A stretch of 20,000 nucleotides of DNA from an uncultured virus (IMG/VR IMGVR_UViG_3300048762_000476) (Duplodnaviria > Heunggongvirae > Uroviricota > Caudoviricetes). The translations under genes and the position numbers were made by a program. Shown one piece after another: positions 1-8,908 of the stretch. Positions within the stretch are counted from its first letter, which is position 1, and every line of letters begins with the position of its first letter. The stretch lies in IMG/VR virus record IMGVR_UViG_3300048762_000476; one strand, given 5' to 3'. The notes below the pieces were generated by a model that made no database searches, was not told the origin of the DNA, and saw only the letters and a program-made list of their open reading frames with translations.

Positions 1-55
1 GTCCTTTCGCTTGCGCGCGCTCGAGGCCACGGGGCCCGGCGAGCGCTCGGCGGAT

Positions 56-697
56 TCAGTGGCCGGTGCGGGCGCTCAGTCGCCCCATTGAATTCTCCTC
101 AGCTGCTGAGAACTCGAGCGCGGCGATGAGCGCCTGATCGGCGGCGAGTCCGTCGTCGGTCTGCTCGAAGTAGACGCGCTGCGCGGAGGTCGTGACAACG
201 CCCTGTTCTTCGAGCCAGGCGACCGTCTCGTTGCGCTTGGCCTGCTCCACGCAGGCGCCGGCGATGTCGAGCAGCCCGTCAGGCAGCGTGGGCTCGCTGA
301 AGCGCTCGAGCAGCGCCTGGGCGTGCGCGCCGTCGCGGACGGCGGCCTCGAGCTCGGCGAGGCGGATCAGCCGCTCGCGGGTGAGCGGGTTGATCAGCCA
401 GCGCAGAGCCTCCCCGCCCGCCGCCCAGAGCTCGCGGCGGGCGACGATCGCCGTGTCCTCGGCGAGGTTCTCGGAGAACACGTTGAGGCCAAGCCCGTGC
501 AACGCGGCGATCAGCAGGTCGTAGGAGTGGATGCCGTCGGCGGCTTCCTCTGAGTCGATGGCGAGCACACGCCCGACGCCGCTGAGGGTGAACACCTCGC
601 CGTCGGCGTCGGCGATCAGCTCGCGCACCTCGTCGGTGAGCTCGTCGAGCGCGGGCATCGGGTATGCGCGAACGCGCGTTTCGGCACGGTCACTCAT
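56..697 (-). CDS. Hypothetical protein, 213 aa
   Basis: Protein-like composition; GGAGAG RBS; ATGA overlap with the stop of 694..1071. Confidence 0.8.
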   Translation of the reverse strand: MSDRAETRVRAYPMPALDELTDEVRELIADADGEVFTLSGVGRVLAIDSEEAADGIHSYDLLIAALHGLGLNVFSENLAEDTAIVARRELWAAGGEALRWLINPLTRERLIRLAELEAAVRDGAHAQALLERFSEPTLPDGLLDIAGACVEQAKRNETVAWLEEQGVVTTSAQRVYFEQTDDGLAADQALIAALEFSAAEENSMGRLSARTGH

Positions 698-1071
698 CGT
701 CCGCTCTCCTCGCCGGCGCCACCCTCGGCCGTGGACTCCTCGGCTGCCCGCGTGACGAGCTCGATCACGCTGGTCGGCACGTGAACGGTGCCGTCCTCTT
801 GCAGGTAGCGCGGGTTGACTGCCTCCGGGTGGTCGAGGCGTATCTGCACACGCTGTCCGGTGGCGGGTGCTGCGACGACGCCGGTCTGGCCTTCGATGTA
901 GCGAGGCTTGATGCGTCCGATGCGCACGCGGTCGCCGATGCGAAGCGACGCAGCGAGCTCGGCGGCGAGCTGCTCGCGGCGTACGCCAGCCGTTCGGACG
1001 ACGCGGTCGAGGTCGCCGCCGGTCTTGATGTCGAGGATTGCGTTGAGGGTCTCGTTGATGGTGGTGGACAT
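694..1071 (-). CDS. Hypothetical protein with KOW/SH3-like motif, 125 aa
   Basis: AGAAAGG RBS; LRIGDRVRIGRIKPRYIEGQTGVV resembles a KOW/SH3 beta-barrel. Confidence 0.8.
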   Translation of the reverse strand: MSTTINETLNAILDIKTGGDLDRVVRTAGVRREQLAAELAASLRIGDRVRIGRIKPRYIEGQTGVVAAPATGQRVQIRLDHPEAVNPRYLQEDGTVHVPTSVIELVTRAAEESTAEGGAGEESGR

Positions 1072-1156
1072 TGGAAGCCTTTCTGGCCCGATAGCGGACC
1101 GTCTATTTGGTGTCGTTAGGAGTGCTGCGCGGCCGCCGGTGCTGGCCCGCGTGGGT

Positions 1157-1776
1157 TTAGTGGCGCGGCGCGAGCAGGTCGAGTGGGCAGACGGAATCGC
1201 GGCGCGCGGCGTCGAGCAGGGCGGCGTTGCCGATGCCGCGGTTGTAGGTGGCGAGCGCGAACTCGCCGGCGGGCATCACGATGGACGCCAGCGAGCCGAT
1301 CAGGATGATGTCGCGCGCTATGCCGCTTGCTGATGGGTGAGGCGGACGCGCTCCTCGAGCGCGGCGTAGAGGTCTGTCACCTGGGCGCGGCCGAGCTGCG
1401 CCGCTTTGCCGGTCTCGGCACCGAATACGCGGCGGAGCACCGAATCCTCGACGGGCCCGAGTACGTCCATCCAGTCGTTGCCGGCGTCCTCGCGTTCGAG
1501 GTCGTCGAACTGCGGGTATTCGCCGTCCTGCTCGGGCGGCGGGATCTTCACGCGTCCGATACGGCGCGCCTGGCCGGCGACAGTCCTCGGCTCGTAGCCG
1601 AGGCTGAGGAGCCGCGGGTGCGACGCGAAGATCCCGGCGATCCGGGCGAGCAGGTAGTCGGTCCCAGCACGCAGCGCGAGCTCGCCCTCGGGCGCGAGGC
1701 GTGCGATCTCGCGCAACTCGAGCGCGAGCGGTGTGTGAGTTTCTTCCTCAGCGGCGCTAAGGGGCAGGTACCGCAT
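1157..1776 (-). CDS. Hypothetical protein, about 206 aa, with an apparent -1 frameshift near 1320-1335
   Basis: GAAAGGA RBS. ORF 1318..1776 stops at TAG, but a coding-like frame (IARDIILIGSLASIVMPAGEFALATYNRGIG...LLAPRH*) continues to TAA at 1157. The span is 620 nt (3n-1). Confidence 0.65.
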
Positions 1777-2086
1777 GAATTCGTCCTTTCGTTCGTGTTG
1801 GCTCAGCCGCAGGCGGTGCCCGCGAACTCAGCGTTGGCAGGCGAGCGGACGAGCACGCCGGCTCGCCCGCCTGCTTCTAGCTTGGAAGCGTCGGGTCATC
1901 TGCGGGGTGGGGCGCTCCGAGTTCGACGCGCGGCGGCGTCGAGGCAGAGCCCGGCGGCGGCGAGGTGAGACCCGCCGCGGGAGCGCGCCGATCAAGAACG
2001 CGCTCAAGCGGCTGGATCGGGGTCTCTCTCAACTCGCCCGGCAGCTTCTGCGGCCCGCGCGGGCGCAGAGCCTCGCGGGCGCAGGG

Positions 2087-2755
2087 TCAGCCGCCGAGCA
2101 GCAGTCGCTCGGCGTCGCTTGGATCGAGCGGGCGCCGCGTCCAGCGCGCGAGGCGCGCGGGCACGATCGCGCCGCGTGGTGCTGAGAGCGGGCCGTGGCG
2201 ATCGGCCCACCAGACACCGTCGAGATCGCGGTGCTCGTCTTCGACGAAACAGAGGAGCAGCGCGTCGAACGCGTCGAGCTCCGGTGGCTTCATCGCGATG
2301 CGCTTTTCGAGCGTCTCGGTGGCGAGGTAGGCGACGACGCGGCGAATCTTCTGCTCGCTGTCGCCGTCCGCCTGGGCGAGCGCTTCGGCGCGTGTGGCGT
2401 GGTGGGTGGTCAGCGTGTCTTCGAGTTCGCTGTCCCAGCAGCGGCGGGCGTGCAGGAAGCGGCGCTCGACGAGGCCGCGGCCGAGACCCCACAGCGCGAC
2501 CCGGAGCCGGGACTTTTCACGGAGCGCCCAGTAGTCGAGGAACGCGCCGCCTGCCCGCTCGAGCAGATGCCACGGGCGGCCGCCGAGGCGGCCGATCGCC
2601 TCCCACTCCTCGGGATGACGCGACACCGAGAGGGCGTGCGCCTCCCAGGAGAAGGCGCCCTTCTCGGCGGGGTCGAGGGTGCCGATGTGGCAGACGCGCG
2701 AGAGCCGCACGATCGGCGGGCGCAGAAGCGGCGCGCCCACATATCCGGTGCCCAT
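2087..2755 (-). CDS. Hypothetical protein, 222 aa, possible ADP-ribosyltransferase-like fold
   Basis: Starts 4 nt after the stop of 2760..3353; motifs CHIGTLD, LSVS..P..W. The fold call is speculative. Confidence 0.75.
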   Translation of the reverse strand: MGTGYVGAPLLRPPIVRLSRVCHIGTLDPAEKGAFSWEAHALSVSRHPEEWEAIGRLGGRPWHLLERAGGAFLDYWALREKSRLRVALWGLGRGLVERRFLHARRCWDSELEDTLTTHHATRAEALAQADGDSEQKIRRVVAYLATETLEKRIAMKPPELDAFDALLLCFVEDEHRDLDGVWWADRHGPLSAPRGAIVPARLARWTRRPLDPSDAERLLLGG

Positions 2756-2759
2756 ACGG

Positions 2760-3353
2760 CTAGGGCTGATTGGAGCGCACGACGCTTTCGAGATGCTCTT
2801 TGATCAGCGTCGAGGCCCGCTCAGCGATGTGCTTGCTCCACGCGTGCGCGCGCGCGAGCGCGACGTCGAACGGCACGGCTTCTCTCTCGGCGATCCCGCC
2901 GACGTCCTCCTCGGTGAACACGCACCGGATGAGTTCCGCCGGGGGGCTGGCGAGGATCTGGAAATCGACGAGCACGCGGGCGACGCGACCGACAAGGAAG
3001 TCCTCGCCGTCGACGTCGCTCGGCTCGCTGATCTCGGCGTAGACGGGGTAGAGGCCGTCGCCGACGCCGGTGGATACGGCGACGGCGGTGCCGAAGCGCT
3101 CGTCGGGTGCGCCGCGTTGCGGTCCGAGGATTCCCGCGCGCTCGCGCGAGCTTTTCGCGACCCAACATGCCTCGCGCGAGAACGGCAGCTCAGGAGCCGC
3201 GTGCTCGCGCATGTGGTTGAGGTCGGGGCACCCTGACGGCAAGAGGTCGTCGAGGTTTGTGGTGGTTGAGTCGAAGGTCGCGAGCACCGCGGGATCGGCG
3301 AGCACGACGCACGCGCTGTCGATCGCGAGATGCCCGATGAGGACTCGCTTCAT
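2760..3353 (-). CDS. DUF4241-like protein, 197 aa
   Basis: AGGAG RBS; IGHLAIDSACVVLADP and STGVGDGLYPVY match the DUF4241-type VDSG...D / SGxGDGxYPVY motifs. Confidence 0.7.
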   Translation of the reverse strand: MKRVLIGHLAIDSACVVLADPAVLATFDSTTTNLDDLLPSGCPDLNHMREHAAPELPFSREACWVAKSSRERAGILGPQRGAPDERFGTAVAVSTGVGDGLYPVYAEISEPSDVDGEDFLVGRVARVLVDFQILASPPAELIRCVFTEEDVGGIAEREAVPFDVALARAHAWSKHIAERASTLIKEHLESVVRSNQP

Positions 3354-3466
3354 GGTTCTCTCCTGTCGGTAGGGGTGGATGCCCGTCCAGCGGCACGCAG
3401 CAGCACGGCGGCGGCGGCGGTCGTGTCCGGGGAGGGCGTTGGGCGGCCGGCGTGGATCGCGTGCGC

Positions 3467-4281
3467 TCAGCGCAGCGCGATCGTGTCGTCCCAGGTGGTG
3501 GCGTGGACTCTGCGAGCGAGGTCGACGAACCCACGTGGCGCCCGAGCGTCGGCCGTGTGGGCGACGAGGTCAGTGGCGTGGGCGCTCAGCTGGATCTCTG
3601 CTCGCCGGATGCGCGGCTGGGAGCGCCGCCGACGGCGCTGGCGGCGATCAGGTAGACGTCTTCGTCCCCGAGCTGGTAGTGGTACGGGATGCCGCTGCGC
3701 AGCGCGGCGGTGATCTCTGCTAGGTCAGCGCCGTCAACGTCCCCGAGCGCGTCAGCGATCTCCTCGTATGAGAGGAAGCCGGCGCGCACGGTGCGCTCGG
3801 GGGCAAGGTCCGCTTGGTGGTCGACGATCAGGCGAAGGATCGCGGGCTCGCTCGCTGTCGTAGCCGCAGCGCCGAGCCCTGCGTGCGCGAAGACGCTGCG
3901 TAGGCGGTCGAACTCTTCGTCGGTCTCGTGGTTCGCGCTCTGCTCGGTCTCGGCGTTCCATCCCTCGATGAGCGCGAGGAGGCAGCGCTCGACCTGGGCG
4001 CAGACGGCGAGCCCGATCGGCGCTTCAACCTGCACGTAGGACGCGCCTGCGTTTTTGGTGTGGAAGTCGACTTCGACGACGCGCACGCCGCACCACGGGC
4101 GCTCGTGTCGCGCGGAGCATTCGCGGTCGAAGTAGTCGATGATCGAGACGACGACGCCCTTGGCGCGTTCCTCTGTGGTGAGGATCTCGGCTTCGATCCA
4201 GCGCTCGAGGTACCGGATCGCCTCGCGGTAGTTCAGCGGTGCGGTTGGCTGCGCGCGGGTAGTTGATGGCATCTCAGCCAT
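3467..4281 (-). CDS. Hypothetical protein, about 271 aa, with an apparent -1 frameshift near 3600-3630
   Basis: AAAGGAG RBS before ATG 4281 (MAEMPSTT). The ORF stops at 3586, but the frame EIQLSAHATDLVAHTAD...WDDTIALR* continues to TGA at 3467. The span is 815 nt (3n-1). Confidence 0.65.
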
Positions 4282-4366
4282 TTGTGCTCCTTTCCTTTGT
4301 AGTTGCGGTTGGGGTTGAGCGGACGCGCTCACGGCTCGGGTTCATGGCAGCGTGGGGCCGCGGAGC

Positions 4367-4636
4367 TCAGACTGCGTTGCTTGCGGCGCGCGCGACGAGC
4401 CGGCGTCTGCGGCCGAGACGCCGGCGGCGCCAGCCGGCGGCGCTCGGGTCCTGGGTGGCGGAGTGCCAGCGGTAGATGACGCGGCGTCAGGTTGCAGCCC
4501 TCCAGCCGATCTGCTCGCCTGGCGTGATGATCTCTGCGCAGTGCGCGCGGAGGACGAGATCGCTGGCGAGTGGTGTTGCGCGGGTGAGCGCGCGGCCGCA
4601 GTGGTAGCAATTGCCGCAGGTGATGGTGATGCGCAT
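4367..4636 (-). pseudogene. Small Cys-rich protein with an in-frame TGA at 4487-4489 (49 aa to the first stop, 89 aa read through)
   Basis: GAAAGGG RBS; MRITITCGNCYHCGR...IGWRAAT*RRVIYRWHSATQDP...SNAV*. Not in the ORF track. Confidence 0.55.
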
Positions 4637-4678
4637 CGCGCCCTTTCTTTCCGTGGTTGGGTGTGCTCGCCGCGGCCG

Positions 4679-5587
4679 TTAGATGCCGAGGGTGAGCTGG
4701 ACGTCGGGGGCAGGGGTGTCGCGTGCCTGTTCGGCGGCGAGTCGCGCGCGTTCGCGGCGATGAGCCGCGAGCAGCGCGTCAAGGTCAGCGACTTGCCACT
4801 CGCGCTCGGTGACGCGGCGGTGGATCTCTGCCGCGAGCCCGTGAGGGCCGCCAGCGTCTTTGACCGCCCACATGAACTGCCGCGCATGGTCGTCGACCTG
4901 CAGCAGCCCTTTTGCGTGCAGCACCAAGAGGGCCTGGTAGTCGGGGTTGGTGCGCGCGAGCAGCCAGAGCGTTTCGACGCCGCGTTCGCTCGCGGATTTC
5001 GGCTTGGGCCAATCGCGGCGCAGCGCCTCGGGGAGGTCCGCGAGCGTCGCCTTACGCGTGCCCGCCGGATTCCACTCGGTGGCGCCTGTCGGGATCCGAA
5101 GGACCTCGCCGGTGTGTACGTCGACTGCTTCGGTGCCGCCTTCGACGGATCCGCCGAGGTAGCAGACGAGTCGCTGGCCGCTGTCGCGCTGCTCAAGGCG
5201 CCAGATGCTGTAGAGCGCTCCGGGGCCTTCGTCGCCCCAGGGCAGGTGACGGTCGCCCCAGCGTCGCGTCCACACGGCCTCTGCTCCGCAGGCGGGGCGC
5301 GGGATCTCGCACTCGCGGCGCTTGCCCTCCTGCTCGCCGTATTCCCACGGGCTGAAGCTCAGGCTGCGGATCCCGTCTCCCGGGCGGTGGCGTTGCCGGC
5401 AGCTGCCGCACTCGTAGAGGCCGTTCTCGTCGGTCGCGGGCGCCGGGCAGCGGCTCGGGTCCTCGATGTCGATGAACGTGCCGCCGAGCCCCCAAGAGGG
5501 TGTCACCTGGCCGTTGGTGTGCTCGCGCCAGTAGTGCCCGGCGGAGCAGCGATGCTCGAGCGTGTCGTTGCTGAACGCGTCGATCAT
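4679..5587 (-). CDS. Hypothetical protein with Cys/His-rich (zinc-ribbon-like) N-terminus, 302 aa
   Basis: TGATG overlap with the upstream gene; CSAGH, CGSCRQRH, CEIPRPAC. Confidence 0.8.
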   Translation of the reverse strand: MIDAFSNDTLEHRCSAGHYWREHTNGQVTPSWGLGGTFIDIEDPSRCPAPATDENGLYECGSCRQRHRPGDGIRSLSFSPWEYGEQEGKRRECEIPRPACGAEAVWTRRWGDRHLPWGDEGPGALYSIWRLEQRDSGQRLVCYLGGSVEGGTEAVDVHTGEVLRIPTGATEWNPAGTRKATLADLPEALRRDWPKPKSASERGVETLWLLARTNPDYQALLVLHAKGLLQVDDHARQFMWAVKDAGGPHGLAAEIHRRVTEREWQVADLDALLAAHRRERARLAAEQARDTPAPDVQLTLGI

Positions 5588-6417
5588 CAGGTCTGCGCGA
5601 CGAGCCCGCGCACGAGCCCGGCGAGGTCGCTTCGGGCGAGCGCACCGATGAACGCTTGGCGCCCGGCAGCCTCTACGCCGTGGCGCTCGGCGGTGTCGAG
5701 CAGCAGTTCGCCGAGGCGCGTCGCGGTGAGGACTCTCGAGTCGCTGACGTGACCGGTTGTGGGGGTGCCTTCGGCGGCGAGGTCGAGCCAGCCCTCGACG
5801 GTCCCTGCGAGCTCGTACAGAGCGTCGTGCTCGGCGTCGTTGCTGTCGCCGGCGAGCGCGCGACGCGCTGGTGCGAGTGCGGCTGCCAACTCGGTCGCGG
5901 TGATGAGCAGCGCCGGGGCTCCGTCGGGCGGCGTCTCGGCGCGAGCGACGGCGGAGGTGATCATGTCGAGCATGCCCTGGAGGCGCTGGTCCTCGTCGTA
6001 GCGCAGGACGCCGAACACGAGCTGTGGCGTGGGCAGGTCATAGTGGGTCGCGTGTGTCTCGACGCGGTATGACGGCTTGCGCTCACGGTCGATCGGTGGT
6101 GCCGCGTGCTCGAATACCTCGCCGCAAAGCGTGATCGAGCAGTAGCGCGGTTGGAAGTTGCACGCGATCGCGAACAGCGTCGTGTTGGCCGGCGCGCGGC
6201 GGACGTAGAGGGTGCGGTCGGATGTGGTGATGCACTCGACGTTCTCGGCTCCGGGGCCGGCTGTTGCGGCGCGCTCGATTCGCTCGAGCAGGTGGGACTC
6301 GACCTGACGCGCGAAGATCGGCTTTACCGCCTGGTAGTCCGGGCGCGGGCTTCGTGCAGCGCGAGCAGCGCCGCGCGCCTGGGCGCGCGAAAGCAGTTGC
6401 TGTGCTTCGGTGTTCAT
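5587..6417 (-). CDS. Hypothetical protein, 276 aa
   Basis: AAAGGAG RBS; globular-looking sequence; contains the motif LAGDSNDAEHDAL. Confidence 0.8.
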   Translation of the reverse strand: MNTEAQQLLSRAQARGAARAARSPRPDYQAVKPIFARQVESHLLERIERAATAGPGAENVECITTSDRTLYVRRAPANTTLFAIACNFQPRYCSITLCGEVFEHAAPPIDRERKPSYRVETHATHYDLPTPQLVFGVLRYDEDQRLQGMLDMITSAVARAETPPDGAPALLITATELAAALAPARRALAGDSNDAEHDALYELAGTVEGWLDLAAEGTPTTGHVSDSRVLTATRLGELLLDTAERHGVEAAGRQAFIGALARSDLAGLVRGLVAQT

Positions 6418-6623
6418 GGCGCTCCTTTCTTGGGCCAGGGCGGAGAGCCCGGCCGCGAGCGGTCAGGGGTATGGACGACGGCGCAGGCAGCACCTCGGGT
6501 GGCCGGTGCGCCGATGCTCTTGTGAGCAGCGAGGCTGAGCTCAGGCGCAGATGTACTTGTGTGGGTGCTCGCCGGGCCGGTGGTCCCAGCAGGGCGCTTG
6601 GCCCTCATGGATGCAGGGTGAGT

Positions 6624-6652
6624 ACGCGCGGCGGCACGCGGCCGCCGCGCGT
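6624..6652. terminator. Perfect 12-bp inverted repeat immediately downstream of 6661..6879
   Basis: ACGCGCGGCGGC-N5-GCCGCCGCGCGT; no U-tract, so terminator function is inferred. Confidence 0.5.
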
Positions 6653-6660
6653 GTGATCCG

Positions 6661-6879
6661 TCAGGCGGTGCGCGCGACCGCTAGGCCGCCGCGCTGGCGT
6701 CGGTCGAGCAGGGTGCGAACGGCCAGCCGCGCCTGCGAGGGCGTGAGATCCTCTCGCGGGCGGCCGCCGAGCTCAGCGATCTGCGCCAGTTCCGCGGCCG
6801 ACGCGCGTGGGCTGAACCCGGATTGGGCGCCGTAGCCGCCGAGCGGCCGCCGGATGAACGGGGTGTAGATGGTCTGCAT
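6661..6879 (-). CDS. Small hypothetical protein, 72 aa
   Basis: AAGGAG RBS; helical C-terminal half (ASAAELAQIAELGG...LTPSQARLAVRTLL). Confidence 0.7.
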   Translation of the reverse strand: MQTIYTPFIRRPLGGYGAQSGFSPRASAAELAQIAELGGRPREDLTPSQARLAVRTLLDRRQRGGLAVARTA

Positions 6880-7109
6880 GGCTGCTGCTCCTTCTCTCCG
6901 GGCCGGGCCCGGCGATTCGAATGTGTGCCGCGCGCGAGGCGGGCGGCATTGATGGAGACCGCGCCGCAGGCGCGGTCAAGACGCGAGGACGGCGCTAAGC
7001 CGCCCTCATGGGTGCTGACGGTTGGCGCTAGACGCGCAGGGTCCACGCGGTGAGTCCCGCGCGTTGGTGTCGGCGGCCGTGTAGCGCGTTGATTCCTCGC
7101 GCCTACGGG

Positions 7110-7158
7110 CCCTTGAAACCGACGAGGCGCCCGCGCCCCTGGGAGAGGGCCGGGCTCG
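7110..7158 (-). terminator. Intrinsic-terminator-like hairpin, family copy 1
   Basis: Minus strand GAGCCCGGCCCT-CTCCC-AGGGGCGCGGGC followed by GCCTCGTCGGTTTCAAGGG. Confidence 0.6.
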
Positions 7159-7220
7159 CTAATTTGCTGCTCCGCCAGTCGCAGGTCCTGGCATAGGGTC
7201 GTGGCGGCTGACGGCGCTCA

Positions 7221-8189
7221 TCAGCTCCCGGTCGGGCGGCCGAGGTAGCACGCAAAGCGCGGACACATCACGTTCGCGCACCTCCATCCCGCGGCCTCCT
7301 CGCAGCACGCTGCGTGTGCCGGCGCGCCGTCAGGCGCGCTCTCGCGCAGCTCGATGAGGTCTTCGCCTCCGAGCAGCTTCGGCTCGCCGGCACACGCCGG
7401 GCAACACGAGGGAAGCGGGCCACGCTCGAGGATCTCCAGCACCGCACCGAGCGTGGACGCATAACGCAGCGGCAAGCCGCACGTGGAGTCGCCGTTTGCG
7501 ATCACCGCACACGCCCCGGCGCGGAACGCGGCCGTGGCGGCCTCTGAGGCATCGCCGACCGGGTTGACGCTCCCGTCCGCGGCGAGCTCACCGGTGAGCG
7601 CATGCGTTGCGAGGCGCTCCGGATCGATCTGGCCGTCGGCGGCGAGAACGGCACAGGCGATCGCGAGCTCGACGGACGGCCCGACCAGCGAGGCCGTGTC
7701 GGAGGTGACGCTCACGTTGATCTGCCCTACTGGCAGCCCGTACCCACTGCTCCTGAGCGCGTAACTGAGACGCTGAGCGAGACTCGCAGCCGCTGTGCGC
7801 CCGATGCCCTCGATCGTGAGGCGCGGCGAGGCGCGCCTGACGACGGCGTCGACGGTGACCGGACCGCCCGCGTCGGCGGCGAGCGCGCGTGCAACACCGA
7901 GCTGTGTGCGGCGCGAGTGCGACGGTGCCGGGCGTTCGACGGCGTGTCCGGTACCCTTGAGGTAGGCGAGCGTCCCGGTCGTAGGGATGTCGGCGATCGG
8001 GTGTGACCAGATCGGTGGGCGCGCCGTGATGTCGTCGTCGTCGGCACCAACCCACCAATCGGCGTGCCAGTCGCTGAAGACCGCGGCCCAGCGGTTGCCT
8101 GTTTGCCACATCCAGCGGTCGGCGCGAAGCGGCGCGGGAAGATCCTCGCGTTCGTGCTCGCTATTGGCGTAGATGATCGTGTTGTTCAT
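7221..8189 (-). CDS. ComM/YifB N-terminal Lon-like (ChlI-type) domain protein without the AAA+ ATPase; Trp-rich N-terminus and Cys-rich C-terminus, 322 aa
   Basis: PVTVDAVV...LTIEG...RLSYALRSSGYGLP...INVSV...ELAIACAVLAADGQI...GELAADGSVNPV parallels the ComM N-domain. No Walker A. GAAAGGA RBS. Confidence 0.8.
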   Translation of the reverse strand: MNNTIIYANSEHEREDLPAPLRADRWMWQTGNRWAAVFSDWHADWWVGADDDDITARPPIWSHPIADIPTTGTLAYLKGTGHAVERPAPSHSRRTQLGVARALAADAGGPVTVDAVVRRASPRLTIEGIGRTAAASLAQRLSYALRSSGYGLPVGQINVSVTSDTASLVGPSVELAIACAVLAADGQIDPERLATHALTGELAADGSVNPVGDASEAATAAFRAGACAVIANGDSTCGLPLRYASTLGAVLEILERGPLPSCCPACAGEPKLLGGEDLIELRESAPDGAPAHAACCEEAAGWRCANVMCPRFACYLGRPTGS

Positions 8190-8308
8190 GAGCAGGGTCC
8201 TTTCTGCAGCGGTTGAGCTGCGATGGGATCGGGCCGCGGGGTTCGCGGCGGGTGCTGCCGGTTGGCGGCACGGGAGGTGCCCGGCGGGGCGAGGGCGTAG
8301 CGCTTCAT
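8186..8308 (-). CDS. Possible 40-aa leader peptide/small protein
   Basis: AAGGAG RBS before ATG 8308; stop overlaps the next start (ATGA). The sequence is Pro-rich and not clearly protein-like. Confidence 0.3.
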   Translation of the reverse strand: MKRYALAPPGTSRAANRQHPPRTPRPDPIAAQPLQKGPCS

Positions 8309-8504
8309 GGGCGGCTCCTTGGTTGATGGGATGGCCGATGCCGGCGGCGGCTGTGGTGTGTGAGGACGCGGCGCTTGCCGCTGGCGACGGCTGTCTGGGC
8401 GCCGTGACGAATGCGAGCGATGTGTCGATGTCGCGGCGGGCGCCCGATCCCGCTGTGGGGTCGGGCGCTCCGCTCGCGTGTCGCTTAGCGCTCGCCGTGT
8501 GGGG

Positions 8505-8765
8505 TTAGAGCTGGCGCAGTTCGGTAGTGAGCTTGAGCTCGTTGCCGAACGCGCCAGCGCGACCGAGCAGCGCACGGAACGCGGGCATGCGGGCGAGCTC
8601 GCTGGCACCCGCGCCCGCGGCGGCGGCCTGGTCGACGAGCTTCTGCAGCTCGGTGTGCGCGCGAGCGAACGAGTCGAGCGCGCGTGTGTGGCGCATGGAG
8701 GTGCGCTCCAAGCGAACGCCGTTGTGGTGGGGTGACTCGGTCCAGCTGGTCATGTTGGAAGTCAT
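8505..8765 (-). CDS. Small helical hypothetical protein, 86 aa
   Basis: GAAGGAG RBS; coding-like codon usage. Confidence 0.75.
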   Translation of the reverse strand: MTSNMTSWTESPHHNGVRLERTSMRHTRALDSFARAHTELQKLVDQAAAAGAGASELARMPAFRALLGRAGAFGNELKLTTELRQL

Positions 8766-8819
8766 TTGAATTTGGCTCCTTCGGTTTCAGTGATGGCACG
8801 TGTCCGCCGCGCCGACGAC

Positions 8820-8865
8820 CCCTTGAAACGACGAAGGCCCGCCCCCGGGGGTAGGGGCGAGCTCG
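8820..8865 (-). terminator. Intrinsic-terminator-like hairpin, family copy 2
   Basis: Minus strand GAGCTCGCCCCT-ACCCCC-GGGGGCGGGCCTTCGTCGTTTCAAGGG; tail nearly identical to copy 1. Confidence 0.65.
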
Positions 8866-8908
8866 GTGACTTGCGTGCGCGCGAGGCGCGCGGCAGGTCG
8901 GGTGTTGC

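Noticed and set aside
4352..5752. Long plus-strand ORFs (466 aa here; also 11754-12686, 12708-13604, 15725-16798)
   Set aside because: Antisense shadows of minus-strand genes in high-GC DNA, with no recognisable motifs.
7221..8189. Calling the gene comM or Mg-chelatase
   Set aside because: No Walker A/B or AAA+ domain; only the N-terminal Lon-like domain is present.
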